Source: a bacterium
GTDB lineage: Bacteria > UBA8248
Length of the DNA: 64,000 nt
Direction: 5' to 3'
NCBI GenBank assembly: GCA_965261085.1
Contig: OZ253442.1
Coordinates: forward strand, 160,001-224,000
In this document: positions 1 through 9,975 of the stretch, one piece after another
Layout: each line of letters opens with the position of its first letter
Position numbering within the stretch: the stretch's first letter is position 1
Position numbers and translations under genes: made by a program
The notes under the pieces: generated by a model
Database searches by the model: none
What the model saw: only the letters and a program-made list of their open reading frames with translations
What the model was told of the DNA's origin: nothing

Positions 1-657
1 GGCGCCGACATGATCAAGCTCGACGACATCAACGGCATGGCGATCACGCCGGTCTATACATACGTCGTCCGCGAGATGAAGCGCCTGCTGCCCGGCACGC
101 AAATCGGCCTCCACACCCACAACGACATCGGTATGGCGTGCGCCGCCTTGTATGCGGGTCTGGAGGGCGGCGCCGACCTCATCGACGCCTGCGTGAACGG
201 CTTGGGCGAGCGCGCCCACATCGCACCCCTGGCCGAAGTCGCCGCCGTGATTCAGATTTATTACGGCATCGACTGCGGTATTAAACTCGAGAAAATGCAT
301 GAACTCTCCAGGCTCGTCTCCGACATCATGAAGTGGCCCATGACGGATACCATGCCCTTCGTCGGTAAAACGGCGTTCTCCCACCTGGTCGAGGTGCACT
401 ATTGCGTGCCTAATACGGAAGAAGGCTTTTGGGCGTATTCGTGCATGAAGCCCGGGATTTTCGGAAACGGCATGCACAATCTTTTGGGACACTATTCCGG
501 TAACTGGGCCATACGCACCAAGGCGCGGGAGTTGGGCCTCGATCTCCCACAGGAGAAAGAAAAAGACGTGGTCGAGCGGGTTCGCACGGAGATCCGCTGG
601 CGCAAGCGACAATTGGAGAATGAGGAATTCGAAGCCATCGTCCGGGAAGTTTGCTAG
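1..657 (+). CDS. DRE-TIM metallolyase (homocitrate/isopropylmalate synthase-like), C-terminal part; 5' end outside window
   Basis: HTHNDIGMA metal-binding HxH motif, VNGLGERA, and the following LAEV...GIKLEK helices typical of LeuA/NifV. The frame is open from base 1. Confidence 0.85.
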   Translation, partial: GADMIKLDDINGMAITPVYTYVVREMKRLLPGTQIGLHTHNDIGMACAALYAGLEGGADLIDACVNGLGERAHIAPLAEVAAVIQIYYGIDCGIKLEKMHELSRLVSDIMKWPMTDTMPFVGKTAFSHLVEVHYCVPNTEEGFWAYSCMKPGIFGNGMHNLLGHYSGNWAIRTKARELGLDLPQEKEKDVVERVRTEIRWRKRQLENEEFEAIVREVC

Positions 658-736
658 AAAAAATCAAAACTGAGGCGCGCCTTTTCGACGAAGCGCGCGT
701 GAAGCCTTGTAATTATTCACCAAATAAGGAGAAAGC

Positions 737-1513
737 ATGAAACTCGAAGGCAAAGTCGCATTCATTACGGGCGCATCCGGCGGCATCGGCGGCGCCGTCG
801 CGCGCACTTTCGCAAGCGAGGGGGCAAATCTCGCCCTGGCCGCCCGCTCCGTGGATAAACTGGAAGCGCTCGCCGAGGAAATAGAGGCCATGGGACGAAA
901 GGCGCTCGTATGCCCGTGCGACGTCATGAAGGACGAGGACATCCTCGATTCGCTCCGCAAAACGGTCGACGCGCTCGGCCCCATCGACATCCTCGTGAAC
1001 AACGCAGGCATCGTGAGCTTCGAGGCGGTGCACGAGCTTCCCGACGAGGTGTGGGAGCGCACCATGCAAATCAACGCGAAGGCGCCGTTCACGGCGATTC
1101 GCGAAGTCCTGCCCTCGATGCTCGAGCGAAAATCCGGAAAAATCATCAACGTCGCCTCGGTTTCGGGGAAAATCGGCCTGGCCTACAGGAGCGCCTACGC
1201 GGCGTCGAAACACGCCGTCCTGGGCCTCACCAAATCGCTCTCCGCCGAAGTCGCTCCGTTCGGCATCACGGCGAACTGCATCTGCCCCACCTTCGTCGCC
1301 ACCGGCATGTTCGAGGAAAGCATCCAGAAATGGGCCGACGAAACGGGCAATACCTTTGAGGAACAATCGGAGGAGTTGAGAAACAGGGTGCCGATGAAGC
1401 GCTTCATCGATCCGGAAGAATGCGCCCCGCTGGCGCTTCTTCTGGCGTGTGACGACTCCGGCGGCATTACGGGCCAGGCCATCAACGTGGACGGCGGCTT
1501 CGTGCAATTCTAA
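737..1513 (+). CDS. Short-chain dehydrogenase/reductase (SDR)
   Basis: TGASGGIG, NNAG, YAASK (YxxxK); RBS AAGGAG upstream. Confidence 0.95.
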   Translation: MKLEGKVAFITGASGGIGGAVARTFASEGANLALAARSVDKLEALAEEIEAMGRKALVCPCDVMKDEDILDSLRKTVDALGPIDILVNNAGIVSFEAVHELPDEVWERTMQINAKAPFTAIREVLPSMLERKSGKIINVASVSGKIGLAYRSAYAASKHAVLGLTKSLSAEVAPFGITANCICPTFVATGMFEESIQKWADETGNTFEEQSEELRNRVPMKRFIDPEECAPLALLLACDDSGGITGQAINVDGGFVQF

Positions 1514-1529
1514 ATAATGGAGAACACCG

Positions 1530-2279
1530 ATGCGCCTGACGGATAAGGTAGCCATCATCACGGGAGCAGGAAGCGGCCTGGGCGAAGCCGTCGCCAGGCG
1601 CTTCGCGTCCGAGGGGGCGTCTTTGCTCATCTGCGATCGCAACGCCGAAGCCGTGGAAGCTCTCTCGAACGAGCTTTCCACGCCAGCCCACGGTGTTGAG
1701 GCATGTGAGGTAGACGTTTCAGATTCCGGCGCCGTGCGTAGGATGGCCGAATCCTGCCTGAAAGCATTCGGCCGAATCGACATTCTCGTCAACAACGCGG
1801 GCATCTCTCCCAAGAAGGGATACCTCGAATATTCTGAGGAAGACTGGGACGCCGTGATCGACGTGAACCTCAAAGGAGAATACCTCTGCGCCCGCGCCAT
1901 CTCCGAACACATGATGGCGAGACGCTATGGCCGCATCGTCAACCTCTCGTCATCCGCGTGGCGCTCGGGTGGTTTCGCGGGCGGGATTCCCTACACGTCG
2001 GCCAAAGCCGGCGTCATCGGCCTCACGCGCGCTCTCGCCAAGACTTTGGGCCCTTACGGCATCACCGTGAACGCCATCGCGCCCGGCCCCACGACCACGC
2101 CGCTCACGGACGGGTGGCTTCCCGCCCGCCACGATGAGATCGTGAAGCAGATTCCGCTCGGCCGCGTGGGCAAACCCCTGGACGTGGCAAACGCCGCGCT
2201 TTTTCTGGCCTCGGATGAGGCGGAATACATCACGGGCATCTGCCTGGACGTGAACGGCGGTATCGCCATGGGCGGTTGA
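1530..2279 (+). CDS. SDR, FabG-like
   Basis: TGAGSGLG, NNAG, YTSAK, NAIAPG, IPLGRVG. Confidence 0.95.
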   Translation: MRLTDKVAIITGAGSGLGEAVARRFASEGASLLICDRNAEAVEALSNELSTPAHGVEACEVDVSDSGAVRRMAESCLKAFGRIDILVNNAGISPKKGYLEYSEEDWDAVIDVNLKGEYLCARAISEHMMARRYGRIVNLSSSAWRSGGFAGGIPYTSAKAGVIGLTRALAKTLGPYGITVNAIAPGPTTTPLTDGWLPARHDEIVKQIPLGRVGKPLDVANAALFLASDEAEYITGICLDVNGGIAMGG

Positions 2280-2365
2280 TTCATCGAGATGAGGCAGCGG
2301 ACGAGATTTCTAGAAGAATTCAAAGTAGCTTGATTTTGAGGAGGACCTCCCGTTGAATTTTTGGG

Positions 2366-2755
2366 TTACTCCTCCGACTTTGGTGGAGGAGACGCCTGAC
2401 GTCCCCCAAAATAAAAACCAGTAACGGAACCGGCAAGAGTGCCAAAAACAGTAACAACCTGCTCAAAATGATTCGGAAGCACTGCTGCGCCAAACACGAG
2501 AACATTAACGAACGAGCCGACAATCAACAAAGCCAGCATCGCCCGCACAGAGCCTCTCGGAAGATTTAAGCCTCTAAGAGATTCTGAAGATTCATCACTA
2601 CGTCGAGCACAAATTGCATATATAGGAGCCGCCAACAAAACCAGCCCTAACAACGATAGCTGAATCCAAAAAAGCGGTTGATCAGACCACGTAATTTGGG
2701 AAACCTTAGACATTGATTCAGCCTTTTCGGCGGCGTGTGCAATGCTCGCAAACAT
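2366..2755 (-). CDS. Small membrane protein of unknown function (about 3 TM segments)
   Basis: 129-aa ORF with hydrophobic segments and motifs LNLPRGSVRAMLAL and GFYFGG; visibly AT-richer than its flanks. Confidence 0.6.
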   Translation of the reverse strand: MFASIAHAAEKAESMSKVSQITWSDQPLFWIQLSLLGLVLLAAPIYAICARRSDESSESLRGLNLPRGSVRAMLALLIVGSFVNVLVFGAAVLPNHFEQVVTVFGTLAGSVTGFYFGGRQASPPPKSEE

Positions 2756-3098
2756 GAGAAATCTCCTTCACATTCGTTTTATTCAATTCGCTATATTGTC
2801 CATTAAGTATCCCTTTAATTCAAGGATGGAAGCCTATTTGCAAATTGAGGGGGATCGCTGCGTGAGTTTCAACTGTTTCATATTCATGCAGCAAAACTCT
2901 GCGGCCCCGAAACGCTACGCTTGCATTTTTCCGCCCTGCATGACACCCTTTTCGGTTCATGAGCTCTTGCTCGATGTATGGTTGAGACAGCGCATTCTCC
3001 GCCGCTTTATTCGTTTCCGGGAGATGAGTATCTGCATGTTCTCGACATAAAACCAGAAAATCGAATCCGAGATATCACATATTGGAGAGGAAACCGCC

Positions 3099-4256
3099 AT
3101 GAACCTGCCCTTTGATGACAACAAGCTCAGCGCCTTGATGGAAGTTCAGGGCGCGGACGTCGTTCTCGCCTCCTCGAAGGAAAACGTCCAATACCTGCTC
3201 GGCGGCTACAAATTCTTTTTCTTCGCCCACAAAGACGCCATCGGCGTGAGCCGCTACCAGCCTCTGGTAGGCCTGCCGAAGGGTGCTCCCGACAAAGCAT
3301 TTTACATCGGAAACGTCATGGAAGGCTGGCAGCAGGAAGTCGAACCCCTGTGGGTGCCCGAGAAGAGAAACAACCACTGGCACAGCGACCAGGCCGGCAA
3401 GGACGCGGCCGATTTCATCCGCAGGCTCGGCCATGAGAAAGGCACCGTGGCGGTGGAGAAATGCTTCCTGCCGGCGGACACGTATGAGGCGCTTCAGGAA
3501 GAATTGCCCGACGCCAAATTCATCGACGCCGTCTACCTGCTCGAAGAACTCCGGGCCGTGAAGCAGCCCCACGAACTCACCTTGCTGAAAGAGGCGTCCG
3601 AAACCATCGTCGAATGTATGCTCGACGTCATGAAGAGCACGCCTCCGGGCACCACCATGTACGAGGTCGCCGATCAGATGAAAAAAATCGAGACCCAAAG
3701 AGGACTCGATTTCGAATACTGCCTCACCTGCACGGGCCCAAGCTACAACCGCGCGCCCTCGAACGCCACCTGGGATGAGGGAAACATTCTCTCACTCGAT
3801 TCGGGGGGGAACAAGCAGGGATACCTGGGCGATCTGTGCCGCATGGCCGTCATGGGAGAACCGACGCCGCTCATGGAGGATTTGCTCGGCGAAATCCAGG
3901 CGGTGCAGACAGCCGCGCGCGCCGTGGTGCGCCCGGGCGTCACGGGACAGGAAATCTACGAAGCCGCCCTCAATGAGCAGGCCAGGTGCGCGCACGACGA
4001 TCAGATGGTATTCCTCGCGCACGGCATGGGCATCATCCAGCACGAGGCGCCGCACCTCACGTCCTCGGGCGTCGTGCCCTACCCTGCCACCTACGAGACC
4101 AAGGGCCTCGAACCCGGGATGGTGGTGTCCATCGAAACCGACATAAAAAATCCCGAGGTCGGCTTCGTGAAACTGGAGGACACCTTGGTCGTCACCGAAG
4201 ACGGCTCGGAAGGTTACGGCGATGAAGGACGGGGCTGGAACATCGGCGGCGCATAG
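3099..4256 (+). CDS. M24 family (Xaa-Pro peptidase/creatinase/ectoine-hydrolase-like) metallohydrolase
   Basis: Pita-bread ligands: LDSGG, GDLCR, AHGMG..HEAP, SIET, KLEDT. Confidence 0.9.
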   Translation: MNLPFDDNKLSALMEVQGADVVLASSKENVQYLLGGYKFFFFAHKDAIGVSRYQPLVGLPKGAPDKAFYIGNVMEGWQQEVEPLWVPEKRNNHWHSDQAGKDAADFIRRLGHEKGTVAVEKCFLPADTYEALQEELPDAKFIDAVYLLEELRAVKQPHELTLLKEASETIVECMLDVMKSTPPGTTMYEVADQMKKIETQRGLDFEYCLTCTGPSYNRAPSNATWDEGNILSLDSGGNKQGYLGDLCRMAVMGEPTPLMEDLLGEIQAVQTAARAVVRPGVTGQEIYEAALNEQARCAHDDQMVFLAHGMGIIQHEAPHLTSSGVVPYPATYETKGLEPGMVVSIETDIKNPEVGFVKLEDTLVVTEDGSEGYGDEGRGWNIGGA

Positions 4257-4288
4257 ACTCCATTTCGTGAACGGTAAGGAACAAGCAG

Positions 4289-5464
4289 GTGGATTTTCGT
4301 ATCAACCCTGAAAATGAAGATTTGCTCGAACGCGCGAAAATCTACGCGAAGGAAATCCTGGCCCCGAGAGCCGAAGAAATCGACCAGGAAGGAATTTTTC
4401 CCCGCGAGAATTTCAACGATTTGGCGAAAGAGGGCTTTACCTCCCTGACGATTCCGAAAGACCAGGGCGGCAGAGACCTCTATGAGGACACCGCCACCTA
4501 CTCGATGGTCCTCTACGAGCTTTCCAAGGGCTGCACGAACACCGCCATGCTCTTTCACATGCACAGTTCCATATCACACGTCATCACCTATCTGGGAACG
4601 GATGAGCAAAAGCGCAGATACAGCGAAATCATCCGAAGCGGAAAAATCATCGCTAGCTATGCGAGCGAGAACACCTCGAGCCTTCACGGCGTGTGGCGCA
4701 TGGAGACGAAGGCGATCCGGGACGGCGACGTCTACAGGATCAACGGCAGAAAATACTTTTGCTCCATGGCCGGAGAGGCGGACTACTACGTGCTATGGGT
4801 GCAGCTTGAAGACGAGGAAGACCTCACGAAAAGCCTGGGGTTGCTCATCGCGCCTTCGGACAACCCCGGCTTCAAGATAGATCAGGAGTGGAACTCCTTC
4901 GCCATGCGCGGAACGATGAGCCACTCGATGATATACGACGACGTGCAAATACCGGTGGAGGATCTGGTGGGCCGTGGCGGAGACCCGATACGCCCCGACG
5001 TTCTGCCCAAGTTCGGCTTCGGCTACTCCGCCGTCTACCTGGGCGCGGGCGGAGGCGCCTTCGACTGGGTGGTCAACTACGCGCAAACCCGAAAGCTCAT
5101 GCCCGACAACGTGCCCATCGCCTCATATCCCGCCATACAGCGCCAGATAGGGGAGATGAAAATTGCGCTCGAGGGCGCGATTCTCATGCTCCTGAGAGCG
5201 GGCTGGATGATCAACGCCCAAGGAGCAGACAAAGCGTATGGCGCCATCAACGAGGCGAAATACGTTTGCGCGGAAGCCTCCGCCTTCATCACGGAAAAAG
5301 CGCTCAAGGTGGCCGGCGGCCCGGGGCTGTTCCGGCATAATCCGCTCCAGCGCTTTCACCGCGAGGCGAGAGCCGGACTCATCATGCCGCCCAACACGGA
5401 AAAGTGCCTGGAACTCACCGCCAAAACCGTGCTGGAGGGCAGCGCGAACATGCTGGGCTCATAA
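4289..5464 (+). CDS. Acyl-CoA dehydrogenase-fold flavoprotein (paralogue 1)
   Basis: INGRKYFCS, FAMRGTMS, LQRFHREAR; GTG start. Confidence 0.9.
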   Translation: MDFRINPENEDLLERAKIYAKEILAPRAEEIDQEGIFPRENFNDLAKEGFTSLTIPKDQGGRDLYEDTATYSMVLYELSKGCTNTAMLFHMHSSISHVITYLGTDEQKRRYSEIIRSGKIIASYASENTSSLHGVWRMETKAIRDGDVYRINGRKYFCSMAGEADYYVLWVQLEDEEDLTKSLGLLIAPSDNPGFKIDQEWNSFAMRGTMSHSMIYDDVQIPVEDLVGRGGDPIRPDVLPKFGFGYSAVYLGAGGGAFDWVVNYAQTRKLMPDNVPIASYPAIQRQIGEMKIALEGAILMLLRAGWMINAQGADKAYGAINEAKYVCAEASAFITEKALKVAGGPGLFRHNPLQRFHREARAGLIMPPNTEKCLELTAKTVLEGSANMLGS

Positions 5465-5484
5465 CCAATGGAGGACCATCGCCG

Positions 5485-7059
5485 ATGAATGAAAGCGTCC
5501 GTCTTCCTCCCTATTTCCGTCCCCCGCTGGAATATCCCGATTACGCGTTTCACGGCCTGCTCAAAACGGCGTGCGCGCGTCGCCCGGACGCCATCGCCCT
5601 GGTGGATGGGGATATCCGCATGAGCTTCCGGGAACTCGACGTACTCTCGAACGCCTGCGCCCGCGCCATGCTCGCCGAGGGTATCGGGATCGGGGATCGC
5701 GTCGGCCTGTTCCTGCCCAATTCAGCCGAATTCGAGATCGCCGCTTTCGGCGTATCGAAGATAGGCGCCGTTTTCACGCCGATGAACCCCGCGTACAAAG
5801 AAGCCGAGGCTGCGTATCAGCTCAACGATTCGGGCGCGAAGATTCTGATCACCACGGCGGAGGGTGCCGCCGTGTTTCGAGAAGTGCAAAAAGAACTCCC
5901 GACGCTCGAGACCATCATCGTCACGGATGACGCCGCAGGAGAACATATATTTTTCGAGGATTGGATAGGCGCACACCCTACGGAGAGCCTGCCCGAGCCC
6001 CAAATCGACTTTGCCCAAGATTTAATCGCCCTGCCCTATTCGAGCGGCACCACGGGTCTTCCAAAAGGCGTGATGCTGACCCACAGAAATCTGGTGTCGA
6101 ACTACCACCAGTGCGTGGCGAACCATCAAATTACCGACCGGGATTCGGGCCTCTTGTTTCTCCCCCTTTATCACATCTACGGGGCGCTGATCATGGGCGC
6201 GCTGATTCTCGCCGGCGCCACCCATGTGCTGATGAAACGATTCACGGTGGAAGGCGCCCTGCGCCTCGTGCAGGAACACAAGCTCACGCTCTTCTTTGGC
6301 GTGCCGCCCGCGCTCTTGGCCATCGCGCACCATGAAAACCTGGGTGACTACGATCTCTCCTCCCTCAGGTACATCATGAGCGGGGCCGCGCCATTGCCAC
6401 CCGAAGTCAGGCGCGTCGTGCAGGAGAGAACGGGCGTGCTCACCTTCATGGGCTACGGCCTCACCGAAGCCTCGCCCCTCACGCACCTGAACCCTCCCGT
6501 GGAGGCCTTGATCCGGGAGGAGTCCGTGGGTCCGCCCGTCTCCGATCAGGAGCAAAAAATCGTCGACGTGGAAACGGGAAAAACGGAACTGCCCGTGGGC
6601 GAGGCGGGCGAGTTGATAATCAGGGGCCCGCACATCATGAAAGGCTACTGGAACGCGCCGGAGGCCACGGCCGAAGCGCTGCGGGACGGCTGGCTCCATA
6701 CGGGCGACATCGGGCGGGTGGACGAGCAGGGCTACGTCTATCTGATGGACAGGAAAAAGGAGATGATCAAATACAAGGGCTTCGCCGTTGCGCCCGCCGA
6801 ACTGGAAGCCTACCTGCACTTGCACCCCGACGTTGCGGACGCGGCCGTCGTCCCCCGGGCGGACCCCGAAGCGGGCGAGATACCCGTGGCCTTCGTGGTC
6901 CCCAAAGAAGGCGTCCAAATCGACGAAGAAGCCTTGATGGATTTCGTGAACGAAAAAATTGCGGGCTACAAACACATTCGCGCGGTGGCGATCACCGACG
7001 CCATCCCGAAATCGGGCAGCGGGAAAATACTGCGCCGATTGCTTAAAGAACAAGCGTAA
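5485..7059 (+). CDS. Acyl/aryl-CoA ligase (4-coumarate-CoA-ligase-like, ANL family)
   Basis: YSSGTTGLPKG, GYGLTE, GWLHTGDIG, PKSGSGKILRR. Start moved to MNESVRL, which follows a GGAGG RBS. Confidence 0.93.
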   Translation: MNESVRLPPYFRPPLEYPDYAFHGLLKTACARRPDAIALVDGDIRMSFRELDVLSNACARAMLAEGIGIGDRVGLFLPNSAEFEIAAFGVSKIGAVFTPMNPAYKEAEAAYQLNDSGAKILITTAEGAAVFREVQKELPTLETIIVTDDAAGEHIFFEDWIGAHPTESLPEPQIDFAQDLIALPYSSGTTGLPKGVMLTHRNLVSNYHQCVANHQITDRDSGLLFLPLYHIYGALIMGALILAGATHVLMKRFTVEGALRLVQEHKLTLFFGVPPALLAIAHHENLGDYDLSSLRYIMSGAAPLPPEVRRVVQERTGVLTFMGYGLTEASPLTHLNPPVEALIREESVGPPVSDQEQKIVDVETGKTELPVGEAGELIIRGPHIMKGYWNAPEATAEALRDGWLHTGDIGRVDEQGYVYLMDRKKEMIKYKGFAVAPAELEAYLHLHPDVADAAVVPRADPEAGEIPVAFVVPKEGVQIDEEALMDFVNEKIAGYKHIRAVAITDAIPKSGSGKILRRLLKEQA

Positions 7060-7091
7060 AGAATCATTTTCGAGCGCTTCAACGAGAATTC

Positions 7092-8267
7092 ATGGACCTT
7101 CGCCTAAACCCGAAAAACGAGGCTTTGATCACGCAAGCCAGAGAACTCGCCCGAAACGTGCTGGCCGCGCACGCGGATCGCTGCGATCAGGAGCAACGCT
7201 TTCCCAGAGAGAGTTTCGACGCCTTGATCCGGGAGGGCTTCACGCGCCTCACGCTGCCTGAATCCTATGGCGGGCAAGCGCTCTGGAGCGACCCCGTCTG
7301 CTACGCCATGGTGTTCCACGAACTCGGCAAGGGCTGCGCGAACACCGCCATGACGCTTCACATGCACAGTTCGATTCTATACTTTCTCCTCACACTCTCG
7401 GATGAAGAGCAAAAGCACCGCTTCGCCGAGGCGGCCCAAAACGGGGCCATCTTCGGCAGCCACGCGGGCGAGGCGAGTTCCAGCCCCCAGTGGAACCGCA
7501 CTATCTCTACGCGCGCGCGCAGAGAGGGCGATGAATATGTCATCAACGGCAAAAAACATTTTTGCTCCATGGCGGGAGAGGCGGATTATTACGTGCTCTG
7601 GTGTCTGATCGAGGGGGTGGAAGAGCTCAAGACCGGCCTTCGCTGGGCGGTGCTGGATAAAAACCTCAAGGGCATCACCATAGCGAGCCGCTGGGACGCT
7701 TTCGCCATGCGGGGCACGGCCAGCCACTCCCTCGCCTATGAGAACGTGAGGGTCCCGGCGCGCAACATCGTGGGCACGGGCGAGGACATCCTCCAGCCCG
7801 ACTTCGTACCCAGATTCGGCTTGGGCTACGCCGCCGTTTATCTGGGCGCGGGCGCCGCCGCCATGGACTGGATTGTGGACTACGCGCTCAAGCGCAAGCT
7901 GTTGCCCGATAACCTGCCCATCGCGAGCTATCCTGCGATTCAGCGCCAGATCGGCGAAATGAAAATCGCCTTTGAAACCGCGCTCATCATGATCCAGAAA
8001 GCCGCCTGGGTGCTGGAGACCCAGGGCGCGGCCCAGGCCATTCCCTTCATCAACGAGGCGAAATACACCGCCTCCGAAGCGGCGGCTTCCATGACGGAAA
8101 AGGCCCTGAAAATCGCGGGCGGCCCCGGCCTGCTGAACGACAAGCCGCTCCAGCGGTTTCATCGCGACGCCAGGGCCGCGCTGGTGATGCCGCCCAGCAC
8201 GGAGAAGTGCCTGCAAATGGCGTCGAACTTCGTTTTAAGTCAAAATGAGGCGGCATCCATCTTCTAA
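7092..8267 (+). CDS. Acyl-CoA dehydrogenase-fold flavoprotein (paralogue 2)
   Basis: INGKKHFCS, FAMRGTAS, LQRFHRDAR; collinear with 4289..5464, both 391 aa. Confidence 0.9.
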   Translation: MDLRLNPKNEALITQARELARNVLAAHADRCDQEQRFPRESFDALIREGFTRLTLPESYGGQALWSDPVCYAMVFHELGKGCANTAMTLHMHSSILYFLLTLSDEEQKHRFAEAAQNGAIFGSHAGEASSSPQWNRTISTRARREGDEYVINGKKHFCSMAGEADYYVLWCLIEGVEELKTGLRWAVLDKNLKGITIASRWDAFAMRGTASHSLAYENVRVPARNIVGTGEDILQPDFVPRFGLGYAAVYLGAGAAAMDWIVDYALKRKLLPDNLPIASYPAIQRQIGEMKIAFETALIMIQKAAWVLETQGAAQAIPFINEAKYTASEAAASMTEKALKIAGGPGLLNDKPLQRFHRDARAALVMPPSTEKCLQMASNFVLSQNEAASIF

Positions 8268-8297
8268 GTCTAAAAAAATTCTCGTGAGGGAGAGCGC

Positions 8298-9971
8298 ATG
8301 AATAGCGGAAACGGCTCGGACCTGTTTTTGGAAACACTCATCGACGAGGGCGTCCGCTGCATGTTCGGCAACCCGGGCACCACCGAACTGCCTCTCATGG
8401 ACGCGCTGGTGAACGAGAGCAGGCTCGATTACATCCTCTGCCTTCAAGAATCCGTCACCATCGGCGCGGCCGAGGGCTACGCCTACGCCACGGGCGGCGT
8501 GGGCGTGGTGAACCTCCACGTAGCACCGGGCCTCGGCAACGCCATGGGCATGCTCTACAACATCAAGCGAGCCGGCACTCCACTTATCGTCACGGCGGGC
8601 AACCAGGGCCAGCGCGGGCAACTCTCAGAACCCGTACTCTGGGACGATTTGCCGCGCATGGCGGAACCGCTCACAAAATGGTCCTACGAGGTGCGCAGGG
8701 TGGAGGATTTGGAGCAAAGCGTTCGTCGGGCGATCAAATACGCGCTCACACCGCCTACGGGTCCGGTCTTCCTCTCATTGCCCGGCGACGTCATGCTCGC
8801 CGAAACGGGAGGCCCTACGGGCCGTCCCACGCGGCTTTCGAGCGCCTTTCCCGCGTCAGCGGAATCCATCGAACGCGCGGCGCAGATGCTCGCCGAAGCG
8901 GAGAATCCATACATCGTCACCGGCTCGCGCGTCACCCGCTCGGGCGCGGTGGGCGAAGTCGCCCGGCTGGCGGAGCGCATCGGGGCGAAAGTGTTTTCCG
9001 ACAACCGCCCGAACTCTCTTTCGTTCTCCCTCACCCATCCCCTGTATGCGGGAGAACTCCTGAACACGATCGAACCGTTGCTGGATCAGATCGAAGACGC
9101 GGACGTCGTGTTCTTCATCGGCACCGAAACCTACATCTTCTCCTTCCCGCCGGAAATTCCGCTGGCTCCGCGCGGCGCGCGAATCATTCATCTGGACCTG
9201 GACCCCTGGGAGATCGGCAAGAACTTCCCCGTGGACGTCGCCATGCTGGGAGACCCGAAAACCACACTCGTCGAACTCACTGAGGAGGTGGAGAAAAAAC
9301 TGGGTGAATCGGGTCTTCAAAGCGCTAGCGAGCGCCGCGTGTGGATCGAGAAAGAACTAGCGGCTGCGAGAAAAGAGATTGCCCCTAAAGCAGGCGACGA
9401 TGGAGGCCCCTTAACGAAAGAGACCTTCCAGGCCGCATTCGGGGAAGCCCTGCCTGCGGGGACGGCGCTGGTGGATGAGTCCCTCACCATGGGACACGGC
9501 GGCGGCCTCAAAAGCGCGGTCGCCGGCAAGATAGATTCCATCTTCGGCATGAAGGGAGGGGGCATCGGTCTGGGCCTGCCCAGCGCGCTGGGAGTCAAAA
9601 AAGCCCTGCCCGATACACCCGTTGTCTGCCTGTCGGGAGACGGCTCCGCCATGTACGCCATCCAGGCGCTCTGGAGCGCCGCGAAATACGGTCTGGACGC
9701 CGTGTTCGTGATTCTAAACAACAAGAGCTACCGGATTCTCAAAGAGAGAGTATTGAGGCTCGACGGCAAAACGCAGGAACACCGGCAATTCGTCGCCATG
9801 GATTTCAAGGAGCCCGAACTCGATTTCATCCAGATGGCCCGCTCCATGGGCGTGGACGCCATCCGGGCGGAAACGCCTGCGGAACTCAAAGAGGCCATGC
9901 AAAAAGGGCTGGCGAGCGGCAAACCGTATTTAATCGACGCCCACATCGAATACGAACGCCTGGAGAACTGA
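8298..9971 (+). CDS. ThDP-dependent enzyme, benzoylformate decarboxylase-like
   Basis: FGNPGTTELP, LQE, NLHVAPGLGNA, GDGS...NN ThDP motif. Confidence 0.9.
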   Translation: MNSGNGSDLFLETLIDEGVRCMFGNPGTTELPLMDALVNESRLDYILCLQESVTIGAAEGYAYATGGVGVVNLHVAPGLGNAMGMLYNIKRAGTPLIVTAGNQGQRGQLSEPVLWDDLPRMAEPLTKWSYEVRRVEDLEQSVRRAIKYALTPPTGPVFLSLPGDVMLAETGGPTGRPTRLSSAFPASAESIERAAQMLAEAENPYIVTGSRVTRSGAVGEVARLAERIGAKVFSDNRPNSLSFSLTHPLYAGELLNTIEPLLDQIEDADVVFFIGTETYIFSFPPEIPLAPRGARIIHLDLDPWEIGKNFPVDVAMLGDPKTTLVELTEEVEKKLGESGLQSASERRVWIEKELAAARKEIAPKAGDDGGPLTKETFQAAFGEALPAGTALVDESLTMGHGGGLKSAVAGKIDSIFGMKGGGIGLGLPSALGVKKALPDTPVVCLSGDGSAMYAIQALWSAAKYGLDAVFVILNNKSYRILKERVLRLDGKTQEHRQFVAMDFKEPELDFIQMARSMGVDAIRAETPAELKEAMQKGLASGKPYLIDAHIEYERLEN

Positions 9972-9975
9972 GGGC

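Noticed and set aside
2742-3050. 102-aa ORF
   Set aside because: No recognisable motifs; it lies in the likely divergent promoter region.
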